From Antedon mediterranea (Eukaryota; Animalia; Echinodermata), in the NCBI RefSeq assembly GCF_964355755.1, contig NC_092671.1:372001-436000 (forward strand): a stretch of DNA of 64,000 nucleotides. The letters are read 5' to 3'. Below the pieces are notes generated by a model, which was given only the letters and a program-made list of their open reading frames with translations, was not told the origin of the DNA and ran no database searches. The first letter of the stretch is position 1; each line of letters begins with the position of its first letter. Of this stretch, positions 1-15,494 are shown piece by piece. Both the position numbers and the translations under genes were made by a program.

Positions 1-778
1 AATTTGGTTGATAAAAAAGAAGAAAACATAGCTGAGAGTAGTACTGTTTACTATACTGCAATGATACCAAGTAGCATATTATAAATGTTCAAAATATATA
101 CAATTAATTGGACAAAAAGCATAAACGCTCTGCGGCGTAATTGGGACGCTTTAAACGGTATTTCTATACCTATTAAGTACGCAAACTATTTTTGTTTAAT
201 GGTATTGAGTTTGTGTAACGTGTAGTCTAAATGGAAGACATTGACGGTGGCCTATCCATCCACCTTGTTAACAAGTACAAACTAGAAATAATTATATGAA
301 AGACCAGAGTAAAAAAAAATATTGCTAAGCAAAACATTACAACCCATGTGAGCCTTATTCAAAATGTCCATTATTTCAATCTAATTTAGAAGTCAACTCT
401 TGACCATACAAAAATACTACAGCGCATATTTTAATCCTTTGCTTACATTCTTTGATAAATGGGTAGGTTACTATTATATATTCCTAGGTTAACATAATAA
501 CCGTCTTTCCACCGCTTTCAGGAAGCAAATATTATCAGTTCTACCACTTCTTTTTAGTTTTTGGAAAGATAGAAAGCAATGCAGTACACTGTGTATAATA
601 AAGACCAACAATAATTGAAGTCTTAGTAGCAGTATAGCTTTACATACAAATAAAATTAATTAAATATTAAATTGAGACACTAATTTACATTTTTAATGAA
701 ATAATACATGTTCATTAATATTACCTACTAAAACCCTGTTACCATTCAACATATATAAAATATACTGTACAATTTCAA

Positions 779-970
779 TACAACTTGTCCATAACAAAAC
801 ATGGAAGAGAACTAAACACATTACTTGTATAGGATAGTCCAAGATCTATCAATCATGTTGTTTTATTTATTGTACAACTTGTCCATAACAAAACATGGAA
901 GAGAACTAAACACATTAGTTGTATAGGATAGTCCACGATCTATCAATCATGTTGTTTTATTTATTGTACA
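779..970. repeat. 94-bp direct tandem duplication (2 copies) downstream of the LRP1 stop
   Basis: caacttgtccataacaaaacatggaagagaac... starts at 781 and again at 875. Confidence 0.85.
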
Positions 971-1720
971 ATCCCACAAGCATCATTTATTGTGAATCTT
1001 TTTTACAAATTTCAAACAATAATTTCTTGTATATTAAATAAAATTATTAATTACACTTATAAAATAGGCCAAATGAATGGGTTTTTTTATAAATAAATAA
1101 ATAAATAAACCAAAAATAAATTAGAAAAATACTGCTACAAAATGTGTGTAAAAATACTAGTGGTGGCAAAAGGCACAATATTTGAGATTAAGGAAGGCAA
1201 ATCTAGAAGACATTATTGGCAATAAATATAGTATCATGTCAGTATTCATACCTTTTTTGGGTCACCAAAATGAAATATTACTTGTTTCTGTTCCTGCACA
1301 TTCTACTAAGTACAAGAGAATACCATGTCCAAACTCATAGTCCACACTGATAATACTAACTTGTGTCCAAAAACATTTTTTTTTTGTCTTTTCTCTTTTA
1401 CCAAAAAACATTTTATTTTTACAAAAACGTTTCTTTTGGAATGTAGCACACATCAAAATAAAATTATTTCTGGAAATTAAAAATTGTTATGACTGGATTT
1501 GAATTTGATTGTTTAAATTTGGTTTCTCTCAAATAATTTTCCACATTTAATTTTTTTTTTTCTTTATACCATTGTTGAATTGATTTATACATATTTCACC
1601 TTTGACCTTTTCATATAAGCCTTAGCTTCATATAATCAAGGTACAACTCTTAGAAAGAATACATATATATATATATTATTTTTATAATTATTGATCCTTA
1701 TTATTATTTGTTTTAACATG

Positions 1721-1879
1721 CTAACCATTAAACGACATATCAAAGTCATCCACTATTAAAGGTTGATTATCATCTTCTATTTCATCTATTAGATTTTTCT
1801 TTTCATCTAAACTTAGTTGCGAGCCACTGTTTCGATCATTGTAAAGGGATCCATATGCTGGATTTGAAAAATTACTAGT
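1721..1879 (-). CDS. LRP1: LRP1 last coding exon (distal NPxY/YxxL tail, TAG stop)
   Basis: [16 protein letters not shown]...DMSFNG*; acceptor ttttcAG. Confidence 0.92.
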   Translation of the reverse strand, partial: TSNFSNPAYGSLYNDRNSGSQLSLDEKKNLIDEIEDDNQPLIVDDFDMSFNG

Positions 1880-4800
1880 CTGAAAAATGTAAAATTGTCA
1901 TTATTATTATTATTTTAATATCTAATAAATAAGGATGATAGAAATGAGGATGAATTTCATTGTCTTATTGACTTATCAATAAAGAGGGAGCCCTTTATTT
2001 TGAAAATGTATATTTCTTATGGCTGCTCAATGATTTATGTTGCCTTTTTAAGGAAACACCAACTAAATTGTTTTGATAAATGTTGTTTATTTGTTTTCTT
2101 CCTTGATGTTCATTTTATCAACTATGTTTTGATGTGTTAATAAAGAATTAAAAGAATTGAATACAAACTGCTTACCTTTTCGATGTCCATTTCAAATGGA
2201 GATTCTAACAAGCCATCTTCATTATGTGGTTTATATATATACATTGGATTTCCAAAGTTTCTATCAGTGTCCGCAGAATCAAGCCTAGAATGTTTGAAGC
2301 CACCTAATAATCTGTAATCAAAAGATGCAAATAATGACTGCTGTAGGTTTGAGGTTATAAGCGAGTTTGATATAGAAAAATCAGTTCATACAAAACTATC
2401 TAACCATTATATATTATAATAATTAAATAAAACTAAAGAACCATCCTGAACTACTTTTATTCATAGATGGACTAGTGTCAAATTGGAGAGTGTACATGTA
2501 AAGAAAAACAACAAAAACATGTTTAAATACCTCTGTCGTCTGTAGCAGAACACAGCTCCGATGATGATTATAATCAAAATGAAGATAATAATTGGAATTG
2601 CAATTTGCAACGACCCTGAAAAAAGATTACAATTTTAAATTACTTAAAAGACCAACTAATTAAGTTATTAAACCATCATCATGGTGCCGTACGTATGAAC
2701 GCCAGGCTAGTGATCTGAAGGTCATGTGTTTGAGTCCCACCTGAGAATAATTTAAATTTTGTTCACAAATATTCTCACATGTAAATTATTACTATTATCT
2801 TTATACAGAAATAGTATTATCATTAATCATCATTATCATCATCATTAAAAATCATTACCTGATTGCGATGAAGTCTGTTTTGACTTAGATTTTGACAACG
2901 ATGTTTGGCAAGTATTTCCTGTAAAATCAGCTGGACAACTAGGATGTTAAAAAAAATAATAATTATTAAAAATTATGGATGGTTACATGTTATAAATATA
3001 TACGTGTACATTATGTAAAAGCCTCAATGTAATTTAGAATAAAAAGGTTAGATTTTAAAGATGCCTTTCATTAGCAATTGAAGTTGTCCGACAGGCCCAA
3101 GAAAAAGAGCTTTACAGATTGGCCATAAGAAGGTTCTACAAGATAATATTGGTTAATTGTCTAAATAGTCTTAGAATAGTCATTCTTTCTTGCTAAACTA
3201 TATGTACATTTTCTAGTGCCACAATAATACAGTATCACACTACCTGCAAGTAGGTCTTGGATCTTCCTCCTTCACTGTACAAAGTCCACTATTTTTACAA
3301 TAGCCATTACAAAGATCTTTACCACACTGAGCACCAACATATTGAACTGGGCAAGAGCATTCTGCTACACTATCTAAAAATATGATATCACAAATTTAAT
3401 TAGTTTACACACTAAATCTGATGATGTCGAAACCAATAGTGCATTTTCTTTGAGGATATTAGTATTTCAAATGTACACATCCCAAATCATAATAATGTCT
3501 TACAAAGGAAATCACAGACCTACATAAATACACAAATTACATTTTACCTTTCACTGTACAATTTCCTCCATTTCTGCAAAAGTTTACACACGGATTAATT
3601 TTTTGTCGTTCACAATTCTTTCCATAAAAACCTTCCAGACAACTGTAATAACAAAGTTTAATGATAATAAAATGTAATGATAGATTAGCTTTCTTTAAGT
3701 TAGAGACATTTCAATCAAACAAAAATCGGTTATAAAATGAATGAAGGGATGATGGATGGTAATCAATGGGTGAATAACAGATAGGATAGCCATAACAATT
3801 TTCTTATAAAAAAAAACATTTTTAAATAAATATAAGAAATAAATATAACAATGGTGTGTTTGAGTGACTATTATGATAACAAATTAAGCCAAAAATAGAT
3901 GAGTAGATAAAATAGATACATTATTAATATATCACTTTTTTACCGCTGAAACCAAATAATTTAGAATGTCACGCATCAGAAACTCCCACATATCACAAAT
4001 GAATGAAATGTTAAACTGTACATCACATGCATAATGTAATTACCAACAGAATGCACATTACACTAAATTATAATCCGTTAACATACCACCTACCGAATGC
4101 ATGAATGACATAACAATGAGACATTAATCAATCAAGTTAAGAGGTAAAATACTTATCATTGCATGTTGTTTACAATCAAGGTAAGAGGTAAACTACTCAT
4201 CATTCAGGGCTCGATTTAGTGCTAGCCCGGCGTACAATGGCTAGTAAAAACAGCTCCGGGCTACCTAAAGTATCTTCCTTTAAGCCCGGATGGCTAGTAG
4301 GTTGTGGGAACTCGAAATTGGGACGAAATGACCTCATAAAAATAACTCCAGCATAAAAGACATATGTCTTGGCAACATCAGCAAAAAAACCACTCGGGCG
4401 CTGCTGTGGCCATAACAAGTGATGATGTAGGCGGAGCCTCTCATAATCAAGCAAATTTTCCGAATTATGATTGGCCATTTATGTTTTTGTCAGAGTGTTG
4501 ACAAAGTGCGAGGCAGCGAGGCACGCGAGGCAAGCGCGGCATGCCAAATATTTGTGCGAGGCATCATTTTATCATTTCCAAAAGTGCGAGGCATGTGAGG
4601 CATATAGTTTACAATTTCAAAAAGGTGCGAGGCATATCTTAACGTGCTATTATGCTATATTATAGGCCTAATAATCAATCGATACAAGCGTACCTAAATA
4701 GATTCGTGTATACACTCATCATGTTGTTTATTTTATTTTACTCACATGTCTCTCGAACATAGCAGAGTGAAAATAATATTTTGTCACACCCCTGCGCCTA

Positions 4801-7800
4801 GATCCGGTAGACCCGAGAGATGGAAAATCCCTCTTTACTATTTAGCAGGTAGCGGAATGATTCAGCCCTCAGCTCAGAGGATTGTGGTGCATTCCCCTCC
4901 TATAGCACGTGGTTTCAGCAGCAACGCACAGACTTCTCTCTGAGCGGCGTGCCAAAGACATTTTTTGACATTCCATTCTCTAGGAACAACACGTGTACCT
5001 CTCTCGCAAATAAAGTGAACAGCGATTGCCAGGACAAGTTCAATAACTGGCGGTGAATAAAAGGTAACTGATATGCCGATCCAATAACATGCCGCAAAGA
5101 AAAAAATTGCAACAGAATTCTGGAGCGCGTGTGAAAAAAGACTTGTAATACTAGGCCTAAAATTAAACTTTAGCTAATATGCTTAGCCCTAACCTAGATA
5201 AGAGGCCTATGTAGAAAATAATCTAATCAATTTTGATAAAATAATAATTGGTGTAATATTTAATAATGATACACTATTCCTGTTTTAGTAAGCTAGGTAT
5301 ATTACGAACGATTTTAATTTATTGTTGTCCATGTACGTACTAATAAACCTGGCGCTAGTTTCCTTCGCTTGTATTTTTACTCCAAATTTGATAAATAACT
5401 AACTTTATCGTGTATATACCACACCTTAGAAGTATACCTCATGAGTACTTTAATGAAAGAATCACATAAAAAGTAACAAATAAATCCTTAAATTAATGAT
5501 TTTACAGTCGTGTTTCTCGCACACTGTTCGCGAATTTCACTTATTCAATGTTCAATATTTTTGTTTCTATGGAGCGCCAAAAGAGCAACGATAATAGAGG
5601 ACTAAAACTCAGTGGAATGCGTCAATTTCTCATGCATTTATTGGTGAAAAACACGTTTTATTTCAATATATTTGTTAATTTGTCAATAAAAATGTTGTAA
5701 TATGTTACTGCTGATACTGTTCTGTTTTCAAAGAATAATAATCGATCCTAAATCAACATCACTACCTAGTCTAGACCTAGGACATCCTACTAAGGATATT
5801 ATGATGAATTTTTCTATTTTATTCTTTAAAAGGTAACGAAACCGTGTACATTATCAACAGTAACATTTTTCCTTACTGACAGTGACAAAATCTATTGAAA
5901 TTGTACTTGATTTTCACCAAATAATGCGTTAAATATAAATGGATTCCACAGAGTTTTTAGCCCTCTAATTAATTTTGCTCTTTTGGCGTTCCATAGAAAC
6001 CAAAATATTGAACATTGAGTGTGCGAAATGCGAGAAAAACAACGTCTGTAAAATCACCAATTTAATGGATTTATTGTTACTTTTATGTGATTTTTCTTCA
6101 TTAAAGTAGGCCTACTAATTCTAATAGGCTGTGGTATTCAGGATAAAGTTGGTTAAAATACAAGGCAGGTGCAAAAGGAAACTAGCCTAGCGGGCCTAGG
6201 CCTAGGCTACTTCAATTTCGGTGATTTCCTGCCTTGCAATTTTGAGAAATGATAAAATGATGCCTCGCATTTTTTGATGATGGTAAAACGATGCCTCGCA
6301 TAAATTTCTGACTTGCCTCGCATGCCTTCCCTGCCTCGCGTGCCTCGCTGCCTCGCACTTTGTTACTACCCTTTTTGTCACCCAGGTTATTGTGAAGTAG
6401 GCGGAGCTTCATTATCAGGTCAAACGTGTCACAAAAATATGACCATAAATAACGAACTGTGATTGGCCAAATGTAGTAGAATTTTGTCAATGTTAAAAAT
6501 AACTTGTCTAGTCTTCTTGTCAGGCCTGGTTGTCACAGATCAAAGCTAGGGATATTTTGTAGGGCCGGGTGGCTGGCTCTATCCCTGTAGGTAGGCCATG
6601 GAGGCCATATTTTATAATATGCGTAGGCCTAGATAGAATCAAAAGCCATCGTTTGGCATCGTGATGGCTGCTCAGCAGCTAGGCCTAGCTAGATACTACC
6701 ATTTTGGTAACAGTTGAGTAGAGTAGGCCAGGTGCTCCAATGCGATCTAGCTAGGCTAGGTAGGCCTACGTCTATCCTAGCTACCCTACTATAAATAATA
6801 GGCTCTCTAGGCCTAGGCCTAGCCTAAGGTAGACAGAATCTAATTAGTTTTCTTGGCTAGGTTGAAGCCCAACAACAAAAAGACCTCAATAAATCGATTC
6901 TGTGAATATGGTGAGCATGAAATAGACTATGCGTCGCGACGCAAAGTTAATTTTTATAATGTGAACAATAAAGAAATACAATTTTGTGTAATTTTTCATG
7001 CAATAATAGTTTAATAGAGTTGTTATGCGCGATTTGAACGATTTGCGCAATTTGAAATTGCGCAAGGATTTTCTTGAAACAAAATTGAAACATGTGTTTC
7101 AAATTGCGCAAGCAACGTATTAAATTGCGCAAGTAATCTGCAAATTGCGCAAGGTTTTTCGACAGATTGTGAAATCATGCACACCCATATTTTGTTAGTA
7201 ATTTCTAAGAATGATTCAAAATTAAAGATAATATCGCATTTCCTTACCCTCCCGGGAGCCTCCCTCCCGAATTTTTTTTGACGAATAAAAAAAATCTCGA
7301 ATTCCCAATGGTTCTATAAAATACCATATTCACACATAATATGAGGAGAAGGCATAAATAAATACCAATAGTAATATAATAATTTCAATTCAAATATCAG
7401 TACTAATGACGATTAATAAGACTAATAACGATTGGATTTTTTTTAGAAACAATAATTATTACAAATTATTAGACGTTTACTATTTAACTTAAAAATTAAA
7501 TTTAATGACGGCAAGAAAATCCTTGCGCAATTTCAAATTGCGCAAGAATTCTTTGCGCAATTTTAAATTGCGCAAATCGTTCAAATCGCGCATAACACAG
7601 TATTTATGTAAATGTTTAGCAATTCTCGAGCGTTTAGATTAGTGCGCCCTCTATTGTACAAAATGCCTGAATTCATTTATATGGCGGCCCTGCTATCACG
7701 GTGCGATAATAAGAGTGGGCTAGTAAAATAATGTATGGGCTAGTGAAATCTACAGTGAACTAGCCCAGTGGGCTAGCAACATGAAAAAGATAAATCGAGC

Positions 7801-10800
7801 CCTGTCATTGCATGTTGTTTACAATCAAGGTAAGGGGTAAAATACTCATCATTTAAAATGGTTCAAAACCACTACTATACATTACAGAATTAATACCCAA
7901 TGGTCTGACATGTAAATGATGGGATTCACACAGTATGAATGATAATACCATTGCATATGGTACATTAATAAATGGTTCAATTGTGATGGTATGACAATCA
8001 ATACCATTACAGATGGTACATTAATGAATGGTTCAATGGTGATGGTACAATACTATTATAGATGGTACAATGGTAAATGGTTTAATGATGATGGTACAAT
8101 ACCATTACAGATGGTACACTAGTGAATGGTTCAATGATGATGGTACAATGCCATAGATGGTGCACTAGTGAATGGTTCAATGGTGGTGTACAACAACCAG
8201 ATGGTACACACAGTGACTGGTTCAATGTGGGTGGTAGTGAAGAGCACCAATAACTTGTAGACTCACATGCAAGTCATCGTCCCACTTATCATAGCACAAT
8301 CTGCATTATTCTTGCAAATTCCTTGGCATTTATTCACTTGACAGTTTTTACCCGTAAAAGAAGCTGGACAAATGCAAGTAGCTTGTCCGTTGCTGTTAAC
8401 ACTACATTTACCGCCATTTAAACAGTAATTTTCACAAATTCTTGATTTACATTTTTCACCAGAATATCCAACCAAACAGCTTTACAGAAACACATAAATA
8501 TCACTAATATATTATTTTTTGGCTTCTACTTTATAATTATTAATAATAAAATGACATTTCATTAATACGCTTTTTACCAAAGGGTATATTTTAATACATT
8601 CCAATCACATATTTAATTAATTGAATAGGTACATGGGTAAAATAACAGTATGCTAAAAGTAGATGATTAATGGGTAATTAGTAAACAGGGGGAAAGCATG
8701 CAGAGTAACAGTTAACACTTGAAAGAATATGAATATATTACCTGCACACTGGTACTTGATCACTGTTCATTTGACATGTTCCACCATTAGAACAATAGTT
8801 TTTTGTACATTTAGTACCTATAGGCAAATGAATATCCATCATAAGGCTTATATATTATATTATTATTATATATTTTCACATGGTTTATACAGTAGGAGTA
8901 TTCCTTTTTATCCTCACTTTACTTTTCAGATATAACTTAGAATAGAATATTAAAATCATCAATTGTTGTTTATTGATTTTACTATTAATTGTAATTATTT
9001 GTTTTTTTAATATAGCCTTTGCTCTCAAAAAGAAATAAAATAATTATAAATAGTAGGTGTAGGGATTTGTTGTACACAATTTGTTTTCAAATTGTATTTG
9101 TGCAGTGGCATCAGAAAAACAATCATACTGGAACACTTTAAAACAAATTATAATTACATTCTTTACCTAGGGTAGCCCAAACCGTTTTCTTCCACTGATA
9201 AAATAAAAGTGAAGAAACTTACCCGAACATTCACCATTTTTCAAAACTGCACCACTAAAGCATTTGCAGACAGCTTTTGGTGAGCTGAGATAGCAAACAC
9301 CACCAGCACATGGCAGAGAATCACAAGGATTTTTCATGTCTGCAAAATAGAAATATTGTTAATACTGTATCACGTTCAACTTTGCACTTTCCATATTTTG
9401 CGTCATGAATGCATAAGACCATTGAATAATCTTAGATTTGAAATAATAATAGTAGTCATAAATATGATTAATAGTAATTATAGTGAAGGTTTAATGTTTT
9501 TATTGCTGTTATTGACATATATACAACTAGTGTACTACAATTTTGGCTGGCTGCTATTGTTATCTGTTTTTATGTTTATTACAATATATTTAAATAAAAT
9601 TATTAAAACTACTGTACAAGGGTCATGGGTTCAAGTCCTGTCTTATGTCAGGATTTTTTCTAATGACAAATCACTCCACTCCCTTGAAATAAGACTTTGT
9701 TTATGTACAGCATCTTGTGTATAGGCTTGTCTGTGAATGGAATTGCCACCTTTAAGAAGGATAGTGAATGAATTCACTTATGGTTATCCTTGGCAATTTG
9801 CCTAAATATATAAAACAAATTTCTGACCACTTACCCTGCTGCTTGTGCTCTTGTACGATAACCAAATCAGATATTTGTCGAATGTTTTCTTTCAGTAACT
9901 CGTATTTACCAACACCAAACTTGTTAATACGGAACATTTCATTCTTTTTGTATGTTAAACAATAAATCCAATCCTCAAATATATCTAGTGCATAAGGTTC
10001 TAAATCTGAAATGTAAAATGAAAACATTTACTACTGGTCATTAGTAACTAGATAAGATTTGCAAATAAGCACAATGGTATTTAGCAAAAAAAGTTGAACT
10101 GTCACTGTTTTAGAGGAAGCTGTCAAATATATATAAATAAATAATTCGCTAAGACAACATGATTTTGGTAAATATCGATTTTAATTTACAGTGATGATAA
10201 ACTGGCAAAGTACAGTAAAAAACACTAGTTTTGTGGGGGTATGTTGTAATGCCAACCATTTGGCATTAATTAGTACTTACACGCATCAGAAGAACCTATT
10301 TTCAATAATGCTGTTGAGTTGATTACAATTCTATAATCACTTCCATCAGTCTTTATACTTCCAATAACTTTAGCTTTAGGATCAGCCCAATATAGCCTAT
10401 CTTGTATGTGATCAACTGCTAGGCCTGACGGCCATTGTAGGTCTTTGGTTACTAAATCTTTTACACCAGAACCATCCATGTTTGCAACCCCAATTTTAGG
10501 ATTTGCTCCATAGTCACTCCAAAACATTAGCCTGAGTAAAAAAAGTAGTAGAAATTTAAAATCACAAATTAAAAAATAACTGTTCATTGTAGCAATACAA
10601 ATTAACAAAACATATAAAAAGTTAATTTTTACATTTTTTACACATATTTTGAACATACCCTTTCTTTGGATGAAGAACAATAGCCAATGGTTCATCTAGA
10701 TTGCTATCAATTAACGTCATTTGGTTGTAACCATTAAGATTGGCCACTTGAATGACAGGATTATCGTCAACAGCATCGGTCCAATAAATCTTTTGAGTTA

Positions 10801-13800
10801 CCCAATCAACAGCAATGTCTTGCGGATTCTTTAGCCCCGCAATCTAATTAAGACAAGTATATTTATATCATTTTGGAAAACACTTATTATTCTTAAAAGT
10901 AAACTCAACCAATACCAGAAATTTCTAATATTCTGAATGTGTTTTTAATGGAAATTAAATTTAACGTTTGGACTTCAAGAAAATCTGGTTTTGGGAGAGT
11001 TTGGTATGATTGACTGTACTTTGAGGTAAACATTGTCGTTTTGTTGAGACATATAATCACACAAGGAAATGAAAACATAAAAACTTACTGGTAAAGTCTC
11101 TTGTCCTGTGTCTTGTCCGATATCTCTGCGTTTTCTAAAGCCCTCAGAAAGAACCAGTTTTGAAATATTTTTTTCGTGTGAATTAATTACAAAGACAGTA
11201 GAAGACTTATAGTGGAAGTCCATTGCACCGATGCGAACTTCACCATAATATTCAGAGGTAAAACTGTTACGCTCTGGTGAATATTTGATGACCTGTGAAC
11301 TTTCAGGTAGGAGGAGATATTCTGGGTCACCTGGAAAAGAAATAGGTAATGAAAATCAACATATATTGCAGATTCAATATAAGATAAATATTAATTTTAT
11401 TAGAAAAGTGTGAATAAATATTTTTTCATCAGAACTTAGCAGGAAATATTCCCATCTAAAGTTCTCCAATGTCTTCCTTTCCTGTTGTGTACATTTTGGA
11501 TAAAAACAACTCTGAAATAGCTTATAAAAAATTCTGTTGATTCCATGGCACCATACCACATTATCAGAGAATACTTTTATAGATATTGAATCACTATCAA
11601 GTTCTCTCATCAGAAACTCCAATTAATTAATAATAAGAGATTAACACAGCTTTTCCAATGAAAATTTAAAAAGTTGTACTAAACATTACCTTCTGCTTTG
11701 CATACAGAATTTCCATTTTTTATTTCTTTGTAATAACCGTCGTCACATGAACAAAAGTATCCTCCTTCATTATTGGTACAAAGCTGAGAGCAGTAACCAA
11801 ACTCACTGCATTCATCAATATCTACAACAGTGGAAAAGTTATTAAAGAATTCAATAAACATATAATTATAAAAATGTATTTTATCTCTATTTTTTTATTT
11901 TAAATGATGTATTTTTTCTGTATTTTACCAAATTGTAACCTTTTAACTCATTTTTATATTTTTATTTCAATTTTTAACTTTGAACAAATGAAAATAATTT
12001 CAAACAGTGTAGGCCTTCTATATTTTACTGTGTTTTACCATAAATAAATGAATCAGAAAATAAATGGTAATAAAAGTAAAATAAGTTAAGAAAAATAATA
12101 ATAAGACCGAAACAAAATTAAATACCTTCAAAGGCTTAGAAACAACAAAAAATAAGAAAAACCAGGAAAACACATCAAGGAATGAAGTTGAGTAGCTGTT
12201 GAAGTGTAGAAATTAGGAACGTACTCTTAAGCCTCAAATTTTATGTGACAAATAAATGTGATAAATATGGACGTGATGATGTAATATCACTACCATGTTT
12301 GGGCATATCACTACCATGTTTGGGCATATCACTACCTAGTTTGATAGTGTAGACGGAGCTTTAAGTGAATGAGTATAAACATTTTACCTGAACAAGATCT
12401 ATCTGCTTCAAGTTTAAAGCCTTGACGGCATTCACAGTAGTATCCCTTGGTAGTTGGAACACAGATGTCACAACGTCTTTGTCCTTGTACGTCACACGGA
12501 TTGGTAGCTAGTTATAAAGAAGAAAAAACAGGTGTTGGCCTCTGAACATAGAAACAGTACTAAAAAAATAATCAATTTAAGTTGAGGTCTTTTTGCAGAT
12601 GGAACTGGTAAATTGAAAACAGCATTTTCAAATAAGACACCTATAACTGTATGGTTTAAATCTTTCAATTGAGTTAATTAAAAATCATAATTAAAAGAGA
12701 TTGGGGTTTGCAAAAGATAATTACCATTCATACAGTACATCTCATCTGAAGCATTGCCACAGTGTTTGATATGATCACAAACCAAGGAATAATGAATACA
12801 CTGCATATTATCACATTTAAACTGGTCACTTTCACAATGATTGTCATCACAATGTTCATCACTTCCATCTCCACAATTATCTTCACCATTACATAGTTGA
12901 TTTGATGGAATACACTTTTTATTAAGACACTGGAACTCAAAGCTGCTGCATTGTGTGAAGGCTAAAAATGTATTACATTACTGTCAATTTCTATTTAATT
13001 TGGTACAGATATGATTTGATATATATGATTTTGGTCTTGGGTCAAAATCTATCCCCCCATATATCATCTATGTAGCAATATAATTATATTAAATAACAAT
13101 TTCAACACCATAAACAATTACATCTATCACAGGAGCTAAAACGACCATATAAATAATGTACATATAACCTTTTAAGAGAGAAACACTAAAAACATCCCTA
13201 ACTAAGATTGACCCAGCTCGATATTCAAAGGTTCTACCCTATACCAAGCTTTTGTTGAGGTACCGCATGATATAACTTATGATAAATAATAAATGATAAA
13301 ATGTAAAAAAGTAATATATTTACAACAAATTTCTTCCTTTTCATCTGAATTGTCACCGCAGTCATCGTCGCCGTCACAAAGCCAAGCTTTTGGTTTACAC
13401 TGGTTATTGTCACAAGTGTACTCAGCTAGCGAACACACTCTGTTAGGCTGAACATCTGATATACAAAAGATAAAAAATGACATTACTAGAAATGGATGGC
13501 CTAGTACTTGATAATGCTATAGTGAAATAGCAAGAATAGATAATATCAAATATATGGTGGTGGTGTCCAAAATACAGGGGTGTAATACAGAGACCAAGAC
13601 TTCTGGTTTGGGGACAATAAGCCGCCCTCCAGTGCTGTAGGCCTTTGGACTCTTTGACATATTTTAATGCTTATTTTCTTCCTCAGGACCACCGTAAGCT
13701 TAGGGACCATTGGGTTTAGCCAGTAAGTGTTCAACCCACTATATACATATATCATTTATTTTTCAATATTGTCATTGATAAAATGTGTTACTTACTGCAA

Positions 13801-15460
13801 TCATCTTCATCTGATCCATCAACACAATCTAAGTCTGAATCACATCGCCATGTTGATGGGATACAATGTGAATTTAAACACTGGAATTCATTTTCATTGC
13901 AATTATTATCTGGCTCAGCTGAAATAAAATATTCCAAAAAGTACTGAACAAATTGTTAACGTATATAAAACCAATGTAGACCACATGTCTGAAATGACCT
14001 AGTATTTTGTTTACGGGTCCTCAACATTAATGTACAAAAGGCTTAAACTTAGCACGTGCACAATTCAAATAACAGTTTTATTTTTAATTTTCAAATTCAC
14101 TAGTTTGTCATAGTTTGGTTACTTTTGTAATGTTTTACTTACAGCCACAATCCTCTTCATCAGAGTTGTCACCACAATCATCTTCCTCATCACACCACCA
14201 TCGGTTTGGGATGCAACGATTCTCGGTTGCACATTTTCTTTCTTCCTCAGTACATTCGAATGATGCTGAAAAAGATTTACATTAAAGCTTAAAACTATGC
14301 TCACAAGAGGCATGCAGGTCTGAAAGTTTCTAAAGCAAAATAGTAGTAATGGACACACAATATAACATACACTTTATTACCAAACAGTTGCTTGCTAAGG
14401 TTAGCCAAGAATAAGGTATCACTATGAAGCAGTCTCTATACGATATTTTGAGTTCCCAATCCACCATATTTTGACCACTCTACTTTTATCTCTTATACAG
14501 TAAATAAGTAAATTCTTGGAAGGAATCAGTAATTCAAATTATGAAACTTTGCATACACTGTACACCTGACTAAATGTTTTTTTGAATGGTATTGTATAAT
14601 ACTTACGGCAATCTGCTTCATCAGAATTATCTGAGCAGTCTTGGTCAAGATCACATCTCCAGCGTGTTGGTATACAACGTCCAGATTCAACACATTGGAA
14701 TTTGGATGTAGGACAAGTAGTAGTCTCTGTAAAGCAGCATAAAAAGGAAATTATTTAAAATACATACTAATAAGAACGAAACCTATTTCCTATTTTATAT
14801 TACATAATCAAACAACTTTAAAGTTCTGTCTAAATTATCAAACTAGTTGACAAAAAAAAGTGTGCCCAAATGTGGTAGTGATATGTCCAAATATAGTAGT
14901 GATATGACATCATCATGTCCATATATGGGCACATCACATTTTTTTGTCACAAAGAGTTTGATAGTGTAGACAGAGCTTAATACATACCACAGTCTATCTC
15001 ATCGGATCCATCAGCACAATCACTTTCTCCGTCACAATTCCATGTGATTGGTACACAGTTTCCACTGTTACACATAAACTCATCCGGCGGACAAGTTTTA
15101 CTCTCTGCAAACAAATTTTGTTTTTATGTAGAAATTAGAAATCATTAACAATGTCTACAGAGAAGGGAGAATAATATTAATAATAATGTACAATTTAAGA
15201 TAGCGCAAAATGCAGAAGCGCTGAACAACCAACAGAAAGAAAAAAAAATGCCAAAAAGTTAATGTTGAAAGTGCAAATTTTAGGCCTTGAATTGAAATAT
15301 ATATTTATACTGAGTAACCTCTTCAGTCAATGACTGGTCTCCCAGAGGGCCCAGTTGGTGATCAGTGGCTGTGATGTACTAATACACCGGGGTAACCCCC
15401 TACTCGTCTCGAAAGATGTACTAGGTTCTTTAAAGTGCACACGAGCTAGATGTGTACACT

Positions 15461-15494
<34 letters not shown>

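Larger units (their letters stand above)
4205..7804. mobile_element. Non-autonomous hAT-like DNA transposon with 5-bp TSD, containing nested insertions
   Basis: TIRs CAGGGCTCGATTTA (4205) / TAAATCGAGCCCTG (7791-7804); TCATT duplicated on both sides, with the empty site shown by the neighbouring 44-bp repeat unit. Confidence 0.8.

Noticed and set aside
1-1720. Polyadenylation site and extent of the LRP1 3' UTR
   Set aside because: Many AATAAA matches in AT-rich DNA; none can be chosen without transcript data.
4782-5138. Possible solo LTR (starts TGTCACAC, contains AATAAA)
   Set aside because: No proper CA end or TSD found.
9167-9194. Possible 28-nt micro-exon (atcAG|...|GTaaag)
   Set aside because: It would frameshift the CDS and leave an intron of only 28 nt.
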